From: a virus
Lineage: Duplodnaviria; Heunggongvirae; Uroviricota; Caudoviricetes
Length of the DNA: 64,000 bases
Strand: one strand, 5' to 3'
Virus record (IMG/VR): IMGVR_UViG_3300037312_000757
Shown here: piece after piece, positions 10,227 to 19,845 of the stretch
Position numbering within the stretch: the first letter of the stretch is position 1
How the letters are laid out: each line of letters starts with the position of its first letter
Program-made: the position numbers and the translations under genes
Notes under the pieces: model-generated
The model's input: only the letters and a program-made list of their open reading frames with translations
Told to the model about the DNA's origin: nothing
Databases searched by the model: none

Positions 10227-11548
10227 GCTGTTGCGGTGAGAGTTGCAAGCTTGGCATTGATCGTATCGTAATACTTTTGATCACCGCCAGGACCAGTAAT
10301 TGTCAGCGTTGGCTTGCGCGCGAGAATACGCTTGAATGCTGCGCGTACATCATCTGCTGTCACTGCTTCGATCTTTGCTAGTGTCTCGTGCGTTTCTGGG
10401 TGATAGCCATAGATGAACAGATTCTCGATCATGCTTTGCATCAAGCCGAAGCCACGCTCACCAGATCTGATCAACGAGACACGAAGTTGGTTCTTGGCAC
10501 GTTGCAGTTCACGCGCATCAACAGCATCAATCAACTTCATCATTTCGTCGATCGAAACGCTCAGCACTTCTTCGAAGTTTTCAGGTGTTGTGCCAGCTGA
10601 CACGTAAAACGAGCCGGTGTCTTCTTGCAAGTAGGTGAATGCGCCGATCGAATACACGAGGCCACGCTTATTGCGCACTTCGTTGAACAGCGGTGATGAC
10701 ATACCGTCGCCTAGCACTGTCGCTGCCACTGCTTCGGCATAATGCAGCGGATCGAGTGAGTCTGAGCAAGGGAACGACAGCATCAGCGAGCTTTGTTCGA
10801 ATGGCAGGTCGTCATGGGCATAGCCACCAACGTATTGGGCACGGTTGAACGTGTTGACTGTGCCTTCTTCGATGTTACCGAAATATTTTTCGATCATCTG
10901 TGCTGCTTCATCGTGATCGACATTGCCGACCATGCCGACAATCATGTTTGATGCCGTGTAATACTTCTTCATGTACCCCATCAGATCATCGCGCGTGAAC
11001 GCTTTGACGTTGTCTTCCGTGCCGATGATTGGTCGGCCAAGTTCTTGATTGGGATACAAGATCGAATCGTGCAGGTGGTGTGCCATGCGATTGCGCGAGT
11101 CACGACCTTGTGCAATTTCTTGCAGGATCACACCACGTTCACGCTCGATTTCTTCTTCCGGGAAAATGCTGTTCTGCAGGACGTCGCTGATCAGATCAAC
11201 GAATGTTTCCGCGTTTTCTGCGAGACCTGAAATGTAATAGGCAGTACGGTCCTTGCCAGTGTAAGCATTCATGTCGGCACCGAGGAACTCGATCTCACTG
11301 TCGATTTGTTCGCCAGTGCGGGTTGGCGTTCCCTTGAATGCCATGTGTTCAAGGTAATGCGAGATGCCGTTCAGCTCAGGTGTTTCGTTGCGTGAACCAA
11401 CATTTACGAATGCTGCTACCGTAACGCTTGCAACGTGTGGCAAATTGATGCTTACAACTCGCAAACCGTTCTTGAGACGGGTGATGCGTGAATCCAAACT
11501 GCTTCTCCTAAAACTTCTGTTTGGTACTACCTTGAGCGCGTTGGTCAT
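10223..11548 (-). CDS. M16-family zinc peptidase
   Basis: GISHYLEHMAFKGT, NAYT, SSPLFNEVRNKRGLVY. Confidence 0.95.
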   Translation of the reverse strand: MTNALKVVPNRSFRRSSLDSRITRLKNGLRVVSINLPHVASVTVAAFVNVGSRNETPELNGISHYLEHMAFKGTPTRTGEQIDSEIEFLGADMNAYTGKDRTAYYISGLAENAETFVDLISDVLQNSIFPEEEIERERGVILQEIAQGRDSRNRMAHHLHDSILYPNQELGRPIIGTEDNVKAFTRDDLMGYMKKYYTASNMIVGMVGNVDHDEAAQMIEKYFGNIEEGTVNTFNRAQYVGGYAHDDLPFEQSSLMLSFPCSDSLDPLHYAEAVAATVLGDGMSSPLFNEVRNKRGLVYSIGAFTYLQEDTGSFYVSAGTTPENFEEVLSVSIDEMMKLIDAVDARELQRAKNQLRVSLIRSGERGFGLMQSMIENLFIYGYHPETHETLAKIEAVTADDVRAAFKRILARKPTLTITGPGGDQKYYDTINAKLATLTATA

Positions 11549-12109
11549 TTACACCCCCGCCTTAACAGGCACAGGGTAAAGATCAGCGCTCAACAGCGTG
11601 AACATGGCTGCATTGTTTTCCAGATCGTGCATGTCACCCTGCGGGTCAAATTCACCCAAGAGTGCATACTGATTCATGTAGCGCGAAAGATCGCCATTCG
11701 CCCACATCGTGGCCGAAATTTGCTGTTGTACTAGTCGAAACTGCACGGACCACGTATCAGTCTGCAACTTGAACACTTCAAAGTTTGCGCGAGATGCGAA
11801 CCCTGGATGACCAGGTTGCACAAGCTCTAGCATGTATTCGGTGCCTGCAATCTCCATGAACCAACCGCACGTTAACACCTTCCTGATGCCAAGTGCATAG
11901 TCATCAACCTCAAACAGCTTGCCGTCATATTTTGTGACAGTGCAGCCCATATTCACGCTTGCCGTGTTGTAACGAACTACTTCAGCGATGCGCAAGGTTT
12001 GCACCAAACCCTTTAGGTACGGTGTGAGCATGCCATAGCCAGGGAGAGCATAACGTACGGCAAGAGTCTTCCTTGCGCGTTCATAAAACGTCATATTCGA
12101 AATTGTCAT
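11549..12109 (-). CDS. hypothetical protein
   Basis: 186 aa; GGAGG RBS; C-terminal ENNAAMFTL may be a divergent paralog-family motif. Confidence 0.7.
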   Translation of the reverse strand: MTISNMTFYERARKTLAVRYALPGYGMLTPYLKGLVQTLRIAEVVRYNTASVNMGCTVTKYDGKLFEVDDYALGIRKVLTCGWFMEIAGTEYMLELVQPGHPGFASRANFEVFKLQTDTWSVQFRLVQQQISATMWANGDLSRYMNQYALLGEFDPQGDMHDLENNAAMFTLLSADLYPVPVKAGV

Positions 12110-12266
12110 GCTTGCCTCCCATCAAAGTCATTACAAATTAATTATAACACCATTGTGCCAATTGCATTAGAACTGGCATGCCATATTACAACAGTATTAC
12201 CACCTTTTCTAATTATGCAAAAGCAAACGGCCTCCGCATTGGAGGCCGTTCACTCAGTCGTCTTGC

Positions 12267-13463
12267 TTATACAACCTTGCAGCGCGTCAGCACCGTGGAC
12301 TTGGTGCCCTTGTATTCATCGTGCGACTTGACCGAACCCTTCAGCTTCAAGCTTGCGCCAGTGTTGAGACCCAGTGCCTTGCCCGTCATCCACGTGAACA
12401 CGTTACCAGCGTCATCCTTAAAGCGGTAGATGAAGTACACGCCTGCATCGTTGTCACGTTCCCACTGGCCAACCAGCGTCACATTCACTTCCAGCTTGTC
12501 ACCGACTGCACCGACGTGATTGCTGACTTGCTTTGCTTCACGCTTCGGAAACAAGTCCATCGCACGCATGTAAGCGCCAACAATGCTGCTTGCGTAGCCG
12601 ATCGAACGCAGTTCGATCATACCGCTTGCTGCCAGTACCTTGATGTTGTGCTGATAGTCGTTCAGCGGGATGCCGTTTTCACCCAGGTTTGCTGCCCATT
12701 CGATCGCTTCTGCTGCGCGAGCAAAGTTAGTATCGCTAGGTACCGGTGCTTCATCTCGATACTTGGGGTTGGGGAACATCGTATTCAACGCGTATGAGCT
12801 AGTCGGCGTCACCATCTCTTTCGGATCGATGATCGATGCGTTGATCTCTTTCGCACGGCTTTGCGACATGTAACCGTACTTGTCGATGTGCATTGCAACA
12901 TGCGCCAAGTATTCTTCCAGGTCGATCCAGCGACGGTCAACACCAACTTCCATCGCACCACGCGCATATTCATTTGCGTAGCCAAGCAACTCGGCCATCT
13001 TGGCGATCTTTTCAGGATGTTGGTGGCCCAGGAAGTCTTTCAGGCAAGTGCTGCCGATCTGCTTGATCTCGCCCGTTTCTTCGTGCTGCACTAAGTACGT
13101 ATCGCGCCGATAGCGCTTGATGCGGCAGTGATCGCAAACACTGCCGCGATCACGGTACATTTCAGGGACGATGAAACCGGGCACTGGGCGAACAATGTTG
13201 CCGACTTCGTTCGCGTGATCGAGACGTGCAACAAACGACCAGCCGTTGAGCTTGGGAGCGTCGAAGCCGCTCAGCAAAACTTCAACGTACTCCTGCATAT
13301 ACCCGTCACCAAGCTTCTCAGTGATAGTGTTGAAGGGCACGAAGTAGATTTTCTCGCCCGTCAGCTTCTGGGCTTTCTTGCTGAGCTTCTCGAGGTTCTT
13401 GGTGAACTTGGCGAGATTCTGCTTGGGGATCTTGTAGATGCCGCGCTCGTGATTCTCGTTCAT
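12267..13463 (-). CDS. hypothetical phage protein with Cys motif and C-terminal OB-like fold
   Basis: Start MNENH after AGGAGG; CDHC...GSTC; C-terminal LKGSVKSHDEYKGTKSTVLTRCK. Confidence 0.75.
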   Translation of the reverse strand: MNENHERGIYKIPKQNLAKFTKNLEKLSKKAQKLTGEKIYFVPFNTITEKLGDGYMQEYVEVLLSGFDAPKLNGWSFVARLDHANEVGNIVRPVPGFIVPEMYRDRGSVCDHCRIKRYRRDTYLVQHEETGEIKQIGSTCLKDFLGHQHPEKIAKMAELLGYANEYARGAMEVGVDRRWIDLEEYLAHVAMHIDKYGYMSQSRAKEINASIIDPKEMVTPTSSYALNTMFPNPKYRDEAPVPSDTNFARAAEAIEWAANLGENGIPLNDYQHNIKVLAASGMIELRSIGYASSIVGAYMRAMDLFPKREAKQVSNHVGAVGDKLEVNVTLVGQWERDNDAGVYFIYRFKDDAGNVFTWMTGKALGLNTGASLKLKGSVKSHDEYKGTKSTVLTRCKVV

Positions 13464-13469
13464 CGCTTC

Positions 13470-13522
13470 CTCCTGTTGTCTACCATAGTCATATGGTATG
13501 TTCAAATGAACAGGCAGTCAAC
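13470..13522 (-). promoter_or_regulatory. sigma70-like promoter with GTTCAWWTGAAC spacer palindrome and conserved leader
   Basis: TTGACT-17-TACCAT then ATGGTAGACAACAGGAGG. Confidence 0.75.
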
Positions 13523-13531
13523 AGATGAATT

Positions 13532-14149
13532 TCACCTACGCTTAACTTTCTTCACCACATATTTGTTGAGGCGATTCTTCATGCGATTCTTTGCATTGTT
13601 CAGTTCACGACCCTTGTCTTTTTGCGCCGCACGATACGATTCAATCGCCGCCAGGTAATCCTTTTCAAAGTCCGTGAATTTCGTTTTAAACTCTGGGGGC
13701 AACGAACGCAAGGAGGGCAGCAACTCAGACTTGAATTTGTCAAACTTCCGCTTAGATGAATTGACGTGGCTGTTTGCACCGTCGCTCACCGCTGTGCTTG
13801 CATTGCGTTCCAGCTCACGGATCGTCTCAGCTTCGGCCATGATGTCATCCCAATCGGGATTCTCGAGAATCATCATGAGCTTCAGTTCATCTTTGTTCTG
13901 TTTGATAAAGGTGTCCTGAATCATCATAAACGCAAGCGCTTCACCATCGTCTTCGATATAGATGGTGAACGGATGCCACAATGTTTCCATCATCGCGACA
14001 TTACAAAATGCGTCAAGCCGGTTTTTATCAACTTCCCGTTGCCACTTTGCATCCGGACACAAGCTCTTGAGCGCATCTAGATCGAACGAGCTTGACGATG
14101 GAGTCGACCATCTCGAATACTGGTAATTGTAGATGAAAAGATGAGACAT
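13532..14149 (-). CDS. paralog-family domain plus coiled coil
   Basis: IEDDGEALAFMM motif followed by a helical tail. Confidence 0.7.
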   Translation of the reverse strand: MSHLFIYNYQYSRWSTPSSSSFDLDALKSLCPDAKWQREVDKNRLDAFCNVAMMETLWHPFTIYIEDDGEALAFMMIQDTFIKQNKDELKLMMILENPDWDDIMAEAETIRELERNASTAVSDGANSHVNSSKRKFDKFKSELLPSLRSLPPEFKTKFTDFEKDYLAAIESYRAAQKDKGRELNNAKNRMKNRLNKYVVKKVKRR

Positions 14150-14754
14150 TATTTCTTGTTATATTTGTCGAGATACTTCAGCAACTCTTTGCGCTCTTTG
14201 TTGAGCTTAGCCAAAGATGGCTTCAAATTGTCATGGTGTGCTTTCAATCTTGCTTGAAGCACACCATTGAATTCTTTCCACAGCACATCAAGATCATCAC
14301 CCAAACCGCCGTTCAATCGGTTCATGGCTTGCGTAAAGTCGTATTCTTTGTTGCGAAGCTTAGACACTGCCATAGTTGCTTCGGTACGGCTAGTGTCGTG
14401 ATCAATCAGCCACTTTAGTTCGGTACCTTCCTTGAGCGGTGTGACCAAGTCCATATCTTGAATTAGCCATGCCAACGAGGCGGATTCATCACGAATGAAT
14501 TTGTCAGAACACAAACGAAAAGCCAACGCTTCCATGTCATCATCAATTTCTATGATGAAAGAGCCTTCCAGGATTTCATCATTACATGCGCGGCCGATTG
14601 CATGAAGAGTATGCCGGGGATATTTGGTTGTGGCATGATACCAATTATATTGGCTGAAGATACGGAAACTACTCGCATACTCACCAATCAGATTGATATC
14701 ATACGCTTTGTTGACGTCGTATTCTTTACCGCGCTTGTAAACGAAGGTGTACAT
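14149..14754 (-). CDS. paralog-family domain plus coiled coil
   Basis: IEIDDDMEALAFRL motif followed by a helical tail. Confidence 0.7.
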   Translation of the reverse strand: MYTFVYKRGKEYDVNKAYDINLIGEYASSFRIFSQYNWYHATTKYPRHTLHAIGRACNDEILEGSFIIEIDDDMEALAFRLCSDKFIRDESASLAWLIQDMDLVTPLKEGTELKWLIDHDTSRTEATMAVSKLRNKEYDFTQAMNRLNGGLGDDLDVLWKEFNGVLQARLKAHHDNLKPSLAKLNKERKELLKYLDKYNKK

Positions 14755-15318
14755 TTATTTGAATATTGTTTTTCTTATTATGGAATTGTACTCATCCGCC
14801 AACGCCATACTCTCACCAACCATTTCCATAAAATAGGTGAGTATGTCTGCTTCATCCAGCTGAAGCGTTGCTTCTGAAGCGCCGCACTCACTTACAATTT
14901 TCATATTGTGAGTTTTGGCTATTTTCATCATAAACCCGTTTCTCGTCAAGCAGTAGCTCATTAGAATTTTCACTCGACGATTACGGCATACAACCATTGC
15001 GCGTTCAAACAACTCGGTACCAAGACCTTTGCCACGGTGCCCTTCTTCAACACTTAGACCAATCTCGGCACGTTCTGCGAAGAATGAATGTGCGTCCCCT
15101 AGGAACGCAATCTCGCAAGCGGCAACAACATTATGATACTCGTCAAACGCTGCCAATACAAGACGCTGAATGCCATCTTTAGTATTGACATGGTTTAAAA
15201 TCGCATCATCGGTTTGCTGACACCCAAAACGAAGATAGCGATCATCTGCATTTAATCTACACAAATGATCGCTATAATGTTTGAGCTCATGTGCATAGAG
15301 CCTTCTTATAGTATTCAT
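14755..15318 (-). CDS. GNAT-family acetyltransferase
   Basis: RYLRF, AEIGLSVEEGHRGKGLGTELF, N..MMKIA. Confidence 0.88.
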   Translation of the reverse strand: MNTIRRLYAHELKHYSDHLCRLNADDRYLRFGCQQTDDAILNHVNTKDGIQRLVLAAFDEYHNVVAACEIAFLGDAHSFFAERAEIGLSVEEGHRGKGLGTELFERAMVVCRNRRVKILMSYCLTRNGFMMKIAKTHNMKIVSECGASEATLQLDEADILTYFMEMVGESMALADEYNSIIRKTIFK

Positions 15319-15321
15319 CGT

Positions 15322-15773
15322 AATTCTCAGGTAATGCTTACCGCTGAGAGTAGGCGGCTATCTGTTGCTGGCCTTTTGTTGGATTATGCGCCACCAACTC
15401 CCTATTTGGTGGGGTTCCCAACGTGTCCACTAGCAGCGCTCACTCCGCTAGTATCCAGCGCGACTGCCTTTTTAGACTGCGAGCAATGCAGTAATGCTAC
15501 GGCTACTAACCACTGATCATGTGGTGGAAACAAGGTGACAGCTTGCTTCCGTTAAGTCGCTTTATCGCCATAACACCGAGTAAATGTCTAGCCGCAATCT
15601 ATGCAGCGCGTTCCATGGTTTGGCGTGGGCGGCCGAAACCAAGGGGATGAACGCTAGGTCACTGGGACCAAAGACCTTATGGTTTACTCTCGTGCTCCGC
15701 CCCTTATATGACGGAATACACTTGCCATATTAGTTGCGCCTTTGTTTCGGCGCGTCGTCTACATCACAGACTC
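15322..15773 (-). ncRNA. large (~450 nt) structured non-coding RNA or 5' leader
   Basis: No convincing ORF; more than 10 complementary stems including a pseudoknot; TTGACG...TAGAAT promoter immediately upstream (15775-15802). Confidence 0.7.
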
Positions 15774-15804
15774 TATTCTATACAACTGGCAACCTACGTC
15801 AAGC

Positions 15805-16491
15805 TTACTTTTTAGAACGTGAGTTATAGATGGCAAACTTAGACAGCTTCTGGCGAATCGAGACTTTGTTCTTGTTGGCTTCTTTACGCTCAGCTTTCAC
15901 TTCATCTTTAATTGAATCATGAGTGGCGGTGAAGTCAACTGCCATTTGCTTCACGGTTTTCTTGAACTCATCTGTCACAAGATCACCATACGAATTGAAT
16001 GCGTTTTCAAAACGATCAAGTTCGCGTTTCAGAGAAGCAAGACGCTTCAACTTTCGCTTCTGTTCAAGTTTCTCTTTTTCCTTGTCTTCTGACTTGGACA
16101 GGATTTCGAAGATGGCTTGCGTTGACATGCGATCGTAATCAATGTCCTTGAACACATAACGCAATTGTGATTCGTAGCTTGACCAGTAGTATGAATAACC
16201 ACGGGTGGTTTGTTGATTTATCTTGAAATTGCCACCAGCATTTACAATAGCCATCAATGCTTCAGCTTCTTTATCGTCGGAGACTTCAAAGATCATCGCA
16301 TCTTTCATTTCATTTTCGATTGACTCGCACAGCTTGGCAAACTTATGTCGCTGACCATCTTCCCAGATGCAATGATATGTGCTAGTTGGTGCAAGCTTCT
16401 TGAACTTTTCAAAGTCAAAACGCTTTTTCAGCTCAGGGTAATTCCAGTTGGAAAGATCGCCGCGTTCCGGCAGGAAAACAAACAAATGCAT
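15805..16491 (-). CDS. paralog-family-like domain plus coiled coil
   Basis: FEVSDDKEAEALM; same layout as 13532 and 14149 (MHLFVF start, coiled-coil end). Confidence 0.7.
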   Translation of the reverse strand: MHLFVFLPERGDLSNWNYPELKKRFDFEKFKKLAPTSTYHCIWEDGQRHKFAKLCESIENEMKDAMIFEVSDDKEAEALMAIVNAGGNFKINQQTTRGYSYYWSSYESQLRYVFKDIDYDRMSTQAIFEILSKSEDKEKEKLEQKRKLKRLASLKRELDRFENAFNSYGDLVTDEFKKTVKQMAVDFTATHDSIKDEVKAERKEANKNKVSIRQKLSKFAIYNSRSKK

Positions 16492-16545
16492 TTTCTAATT
16501 ATTATTTTCAGCATGTTATAGCCCAGGTCTTGGCCTGGGCACCCA

Positions 16546-16977
16546 TCAGTTTTGCACTTGAGGGAAGAACTTCGGTACCAACGTGATCGGTACAAACGGC
16601 TCAATCAACTTGAAACCGTGCGCCGCAATGCAGGCGTTACTGTGAAAGGGCTTTGCACCCTTCTCACGATCGATACTCCACGTGATGTGGAAAGTACCAT
16701 TATCAGGTCGATACAGCACGCCATCAACACGGACAACCAAGCATTGCACGCGATTATCGTCACAGGACACGCCTACAACTTCACCACGCGTCTCGGTCGG
16801 GAGCGGATAGTCCGCAGTGACGCCCGCTTTGAGCGTCACGTGGTGAGCTATTACGTCAGTATAAACAGGAGGGATGAGTTCCAGCAATTTATCGCGGTCG
16901 TAAGCTGGTAATTCCCATCCAACGTAACCACGTTGGGGTTTATCAGCCGTTACCGTTTGATCCATTGCTTCTCCCAT
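16546..16977 (-). CDS. 2H phosphoesterase-like protein
   Basis: two HxT motifs (HHVTL, FHITW). Confidence 0.7.
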   Translation of the reverse strand: MGEAMDQTVTADKPQRGYVGWELPAYDRDKLLELIPPVYTDVIAHHVTLKAGVTADYPLPTETRGEVVGVSCDDNRVQCLVVRVDGVLYRPDNGTFHITWSIDREKGAKPFHSNACIAAHGFKLIEPFVPITLVPKFFPQVQN

Positions 16978-17563
16978 TCACATTGAAGTCCGCGTCATAC
17001 AACCCCATCTCTTGATTGATGGCAGTCATCTCTTTCAGCGGTGTATAGTCTTGCACAGCCAAGTGAGCATTGTCAAGGTCTTCTTGCGAACGGCAGTACA
17101 CAACTGGCTGGATCTTATCGCCAGTCACTTCTTCGATGATCTTGGCGATGATACCCCAGTCACCGTTAGCCAAACCTGCACCAATCAAGGGCAGACCAAC
17201 TTCCATTGGTCCCACACTTAGGTATTCATCCAGCGCTTTGATCGTGTTTTCAAAAGCCTCACGAATGCCGAGGTATTTGACGTACACTACGTTCGGATCA
17301 CGACCGTAGAACTCTTGCGTGATTGCGTTTAGCACGAGACGATCACCGCCAGAAATTGTATCTTTGCCAAGAGCAGATACAACTTCACCAACTTTCAGAC
17401 CATTAAGTTGGTGATATTTGACGTAAGCTTCGTAAGCAAATGGGCAACGAACACGCATAGTTGCCGCAACGCCTGAGCCCATCACACCTTGAGCATTACA
17501 GCCATGCATGATTGCAAGCCCAGAATGCTCGAACAAGTCTCCGATTCTGTATTCAATTTTCAT
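16943..17563 (-). CDS. Macro domain (ADP-ribose processing) protein
   Basis: GDLF, HGCNAQGVMGSGVA, PLIGAGLANGDW. Confidence 0.92.
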   Translation of the reverse strand: MKIEYRIGDLFEHSGLAIMHGCNAQGVMGSGVAATMRVRCPFAYEAYVKYHQLNGLKVGEVVSALGKDTISGGDRLVLNAITQEFYGRDPNVVYVKYLGIREAFENTIKALDEYLSVGPMEVGLPLIGAGLANGDWGIIAKIIEEVTGDKIQPVVYCRSQEDLDNAHLAVQDYTPLKEMTAINQEMGLYDADFNVNGRSNGSNGNG

Positions 17564-17802
17564 TTGATGAGTTTCCCAATAGATGGTATCAATGCGATAT
17601 AGTCAGCTTCTTCGTAGCATCCCACGGTTTCGACCGCATCCTCATTGACGAATTCGTTGCCGATCATTATAGCACTACTTAGGTTTCGTACACGAATGAG
17701 TCCATGCACAACCCTGCCCGATTTTAGGTAGGCGATTGCAAACTGTTTGTTTGAATACTCCGCAAAATTGCAAGCGGTGACTAAGGCGCTGTCGCGGGCC
17801 AT
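17560..17802 (-). CDS. hypothetical protein
   Basis: 80 aa; ATGA overlap. Confidence 0.6.
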   Translation of the reverse strand: MARDSALVTACNFAEYSNKQFAIAYLKSGRVVHGLIRVRNLSSAIMIGNEFVNEDAVETVGCYEEADYIALIPSIGKLIK

Positions 17803-17803
17803 A

Positions 17804-18199
17804 TTATAGGCAGGTTAATTTGAATTGAACTGCTTCTGCATCTGACACGTTTTCAAGTACAGTCAGAAATTCGAAACAATGAGTATCTTCGTAGAAGATC
17901 AAAGCAGATAGAAACCGCCAATCACCACCAGTCGCAACACCCATCTCGCTGTAATATCGACCAGCTTCCATTTCGACAGTGTCAACTGCCAGTATTTCTT
18001 GCTGCAAAGTAATGAACGTATCGATATACCCAGTTGAGTCTTTCATTAAGACATTGGGTATGTTAATCGTAGAACGAATGGCCTCAGATGTACTCACGTT
18101 TTCTGACAACCAATCAACACAATTCATGAAATATGCATACCAATCCGCCCATGATGCTTCAACACCACAGATCACTTTCAAAGATGCCATTGCATTCAC
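17804..18199 (-). CDS. paralog-family protein
   Basis: DWL near N-terminus; C-terminal VSDAEAVQFKL. Confidence 0.75.
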   Translation of the reverse strand: MNAMASLKVICGVEASWADWYAYFMNCVDWLSENVSTSEAIRSTINIPNVLMKDSTGYIDTFITLQQEILAVDTVEMEAGRYYSEMGVATGGDWRFLSALIFYEDTHCFEFLTVLENVSDAEAVQFKLTCL

Positions 18200-18243
18200 A
18201 ACTCTAGTTCAAGAATGCAACATTGTAACATAGAACTGGCAAC

Positions 18244-18621
18244 CTAACTGACACTCAAAACCATTTCAGTTGCCACATAGTCATCAGGCATAACTGCCAA
18301 TACCCACCAATAATGTGCAATCTCAGGGCATAGGCTTTTGTCATCAGGTGCAGTATAAATCTCTGCGCTCTCGGCTAGATATAAATCCATGCCAGAATTC
18401 CGAAATCCCAAATGAAATATCGTTACACCATTCAATGCACTATCTGAAAGATCTACGTGTTCAGATATTGTTTCTGCTATTGTTTGACATTCATGCACTG
18501 GTTTATTCAGTGTATTTGAATAATACTCATATTCGTAATTGGCATCAATCCATTTGCTATATCCAACAAATGTTTGTCGAGCAACAGTCATGCCAGTAAA
18601 CTTTTTCTTTACGATAGCCAT
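18244..18621 (-). CDS. paralog-family protein
   Basis: C-terminal MPDDYVATEMVL. Confidence 0.72.
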   Translation of the reverse strand: MAIVKKKFTGMTVARQTFVGYSKWIDANYEYEYYSNTLNKPVHECQTIAETISEHVDLSDSALNGVTIFHLGFRNSGMDLYLAESAEIYTAPDDKSLCPEIAHYWWVLAVMPDDYVATEMVLSVS

Positions 18622-18622
18622 C

Positions 18623-18976
18623 TTAGTCTTCAGTCAAACGAAATTGCACGGCAGTAGTAGCATCCGGAAAACCGATATACACTTCACGATGCCATAAATT
18701 GTCTTGAGTGTATGACATGTGAAACACAAACCAATCATCACCACATGCAAAAACAGAAGACCAAAGATCATACCGATTAGTATACAAATCTGGTAGATGC
18801 TTTTGAATCAACGCCTCCAACCTGTCCCATTCATTGCTGCTAAAGGTATGAACTCTACAGTCAAATTCAGCACGTTCACGAACCGAACCAGCAGTCGCTT
18901 CTAACCATTCAATAGCATCTCGAACGTATTGATAACTCTCGTAATGATGGAACTCACGGTGCAGAATTTCGCTCAT
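18623..18976 (-). CDS. paralog-family protein
   Basis: EWL; C-terminal FPDATTAVQFRL. Confidence 0.78.
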   Translation of the reverse strand: MSEILHREFHHYESYQYVRDAIEWLEATAGSVRERAEFDCRVHTFSSNEWDRLEALIQKHLPDLYTNRYDLWSSVFACGDDWFVFHMSYTQDNLWHREVYIGFPDATTAVQFRLTED

Positions 18977-19353
18977 ATCGAACTAGCCACCAATTTCAAC
19001 TCAAGAGCAATATACTCATCTGGCACATTCAAGAACATTCGTATCCAAGAACCACCAGTCCATTGTGACGAAGTCAGAACAACCACTGAATAACCATGTG
19101 TCGAGCAATCAATTGAATGAATGAAGTGAGCTATCTCCCAATCCTTTTTCTTTAGACCAACATTGGTAAGAACCCTAACCAATGACGAATCAAGATTTTT
19201 CGAGACCAAAACATTATGGTCTTGAATAAAATGGCATCCTTCGTTACCAGTTTGTTCTTTATGTTTATGATATAACCACCCACGAACTCGTTGGTAATAC
19301 CCCTTGCCAGATGGATGGTTCTCACCCATAGGATAGTGCAATTCAAATATCAT
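18973..19353 (-). CDS. paralog-family protein
   Basis: GWL; C-terminal VPDEYIALELKL. Confidence 0.78.
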   Translation of the reverse strand: MIFELHYPMGENHPSGKGYYQRVRGWLYHKHKEQTGNEGCHFIQDHNVLVSKNLDSSLVRVLTNVGLKKKDWEIAHFIHSIDCSTHGYSVVVLTSSQWTGGSWIRMFLNVPDEYIALELKLVASSI

Positions 19354-19369
19354 TTCATCATTTCCATAA

Positions 19370-19449
19370 TCAACGATTATTCATGGAGGTTATTCACTAT
19401 GTCGCCCCTTCGTGGGCTCTGATGGATAGCATTGAAACCCAGGTAGAAG
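19370..19449. repeat. intergenic structured element, copy 1
   Basis: Shares TCAACGA.TA.TTCATG.AGGTTA...ATGGA...AACCCAGG.AGAAG with 21662-21732. Confidence 0.7.
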
Positions 19450-19452
19450 GCC

Positions 19453-19845
19453 TCAATAATCGCAGTCGTCATCTGGTTCATAATTTGCAAATGCTAACTT
19501 AGCCTGCACTGCTAACGTATCATCTTCAATGAACACGTAGACGGTACGATTGTGTATCTCGTAGAAATCATATGATTTGGAGGCGTCCTCATCCGGAATC
19601 ATAGATCGCACCAGCGCCCATCCATCACCAACTTGTATGCAAAACGACGCGGGTGGTTTACCAGGGCCCATCAAGTGTCCATAGTAGATCAACCCTTCTT
19701 CGCGAGCTCTATTACCATGGTGGCTGTAATCTGACTTCAGAAGCAACTTCTGGGGACTAACATTGTTGCACAGCCATTTATTCACGTCGCTTGCTGTGAG
19801 CATAAGCTTCCACGCAGTTTTGGCTTGAATTTCAAATCTGTTCAT
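19453..19845 (-). CDS. paralog-family protein
   Basis: KWL; FIEDDTLAVQAKL. Confidence 0.78.
   Translation of the reverse strand: MNRFEIQAKTAWKLMLTASDVNKWLCNNVSPQKLLLKSDYSHHGNRAREEGLIYYGHLMGPGKPPASFCIQVGDGWALVRSMIPDEDASKSYDFYEIHNRTVYVFIEDDTLAVQAKLAFANYEPDDDCDY

Noticed and set aside
19400-19440. Hammerhead ribozyme on + strand (GTC-stem-CTGATGG...GAAAC)
   Set aside because: The core reads CTGATGG rather than CTGANGA, stems II and III are poor, and the second copy lacks it.
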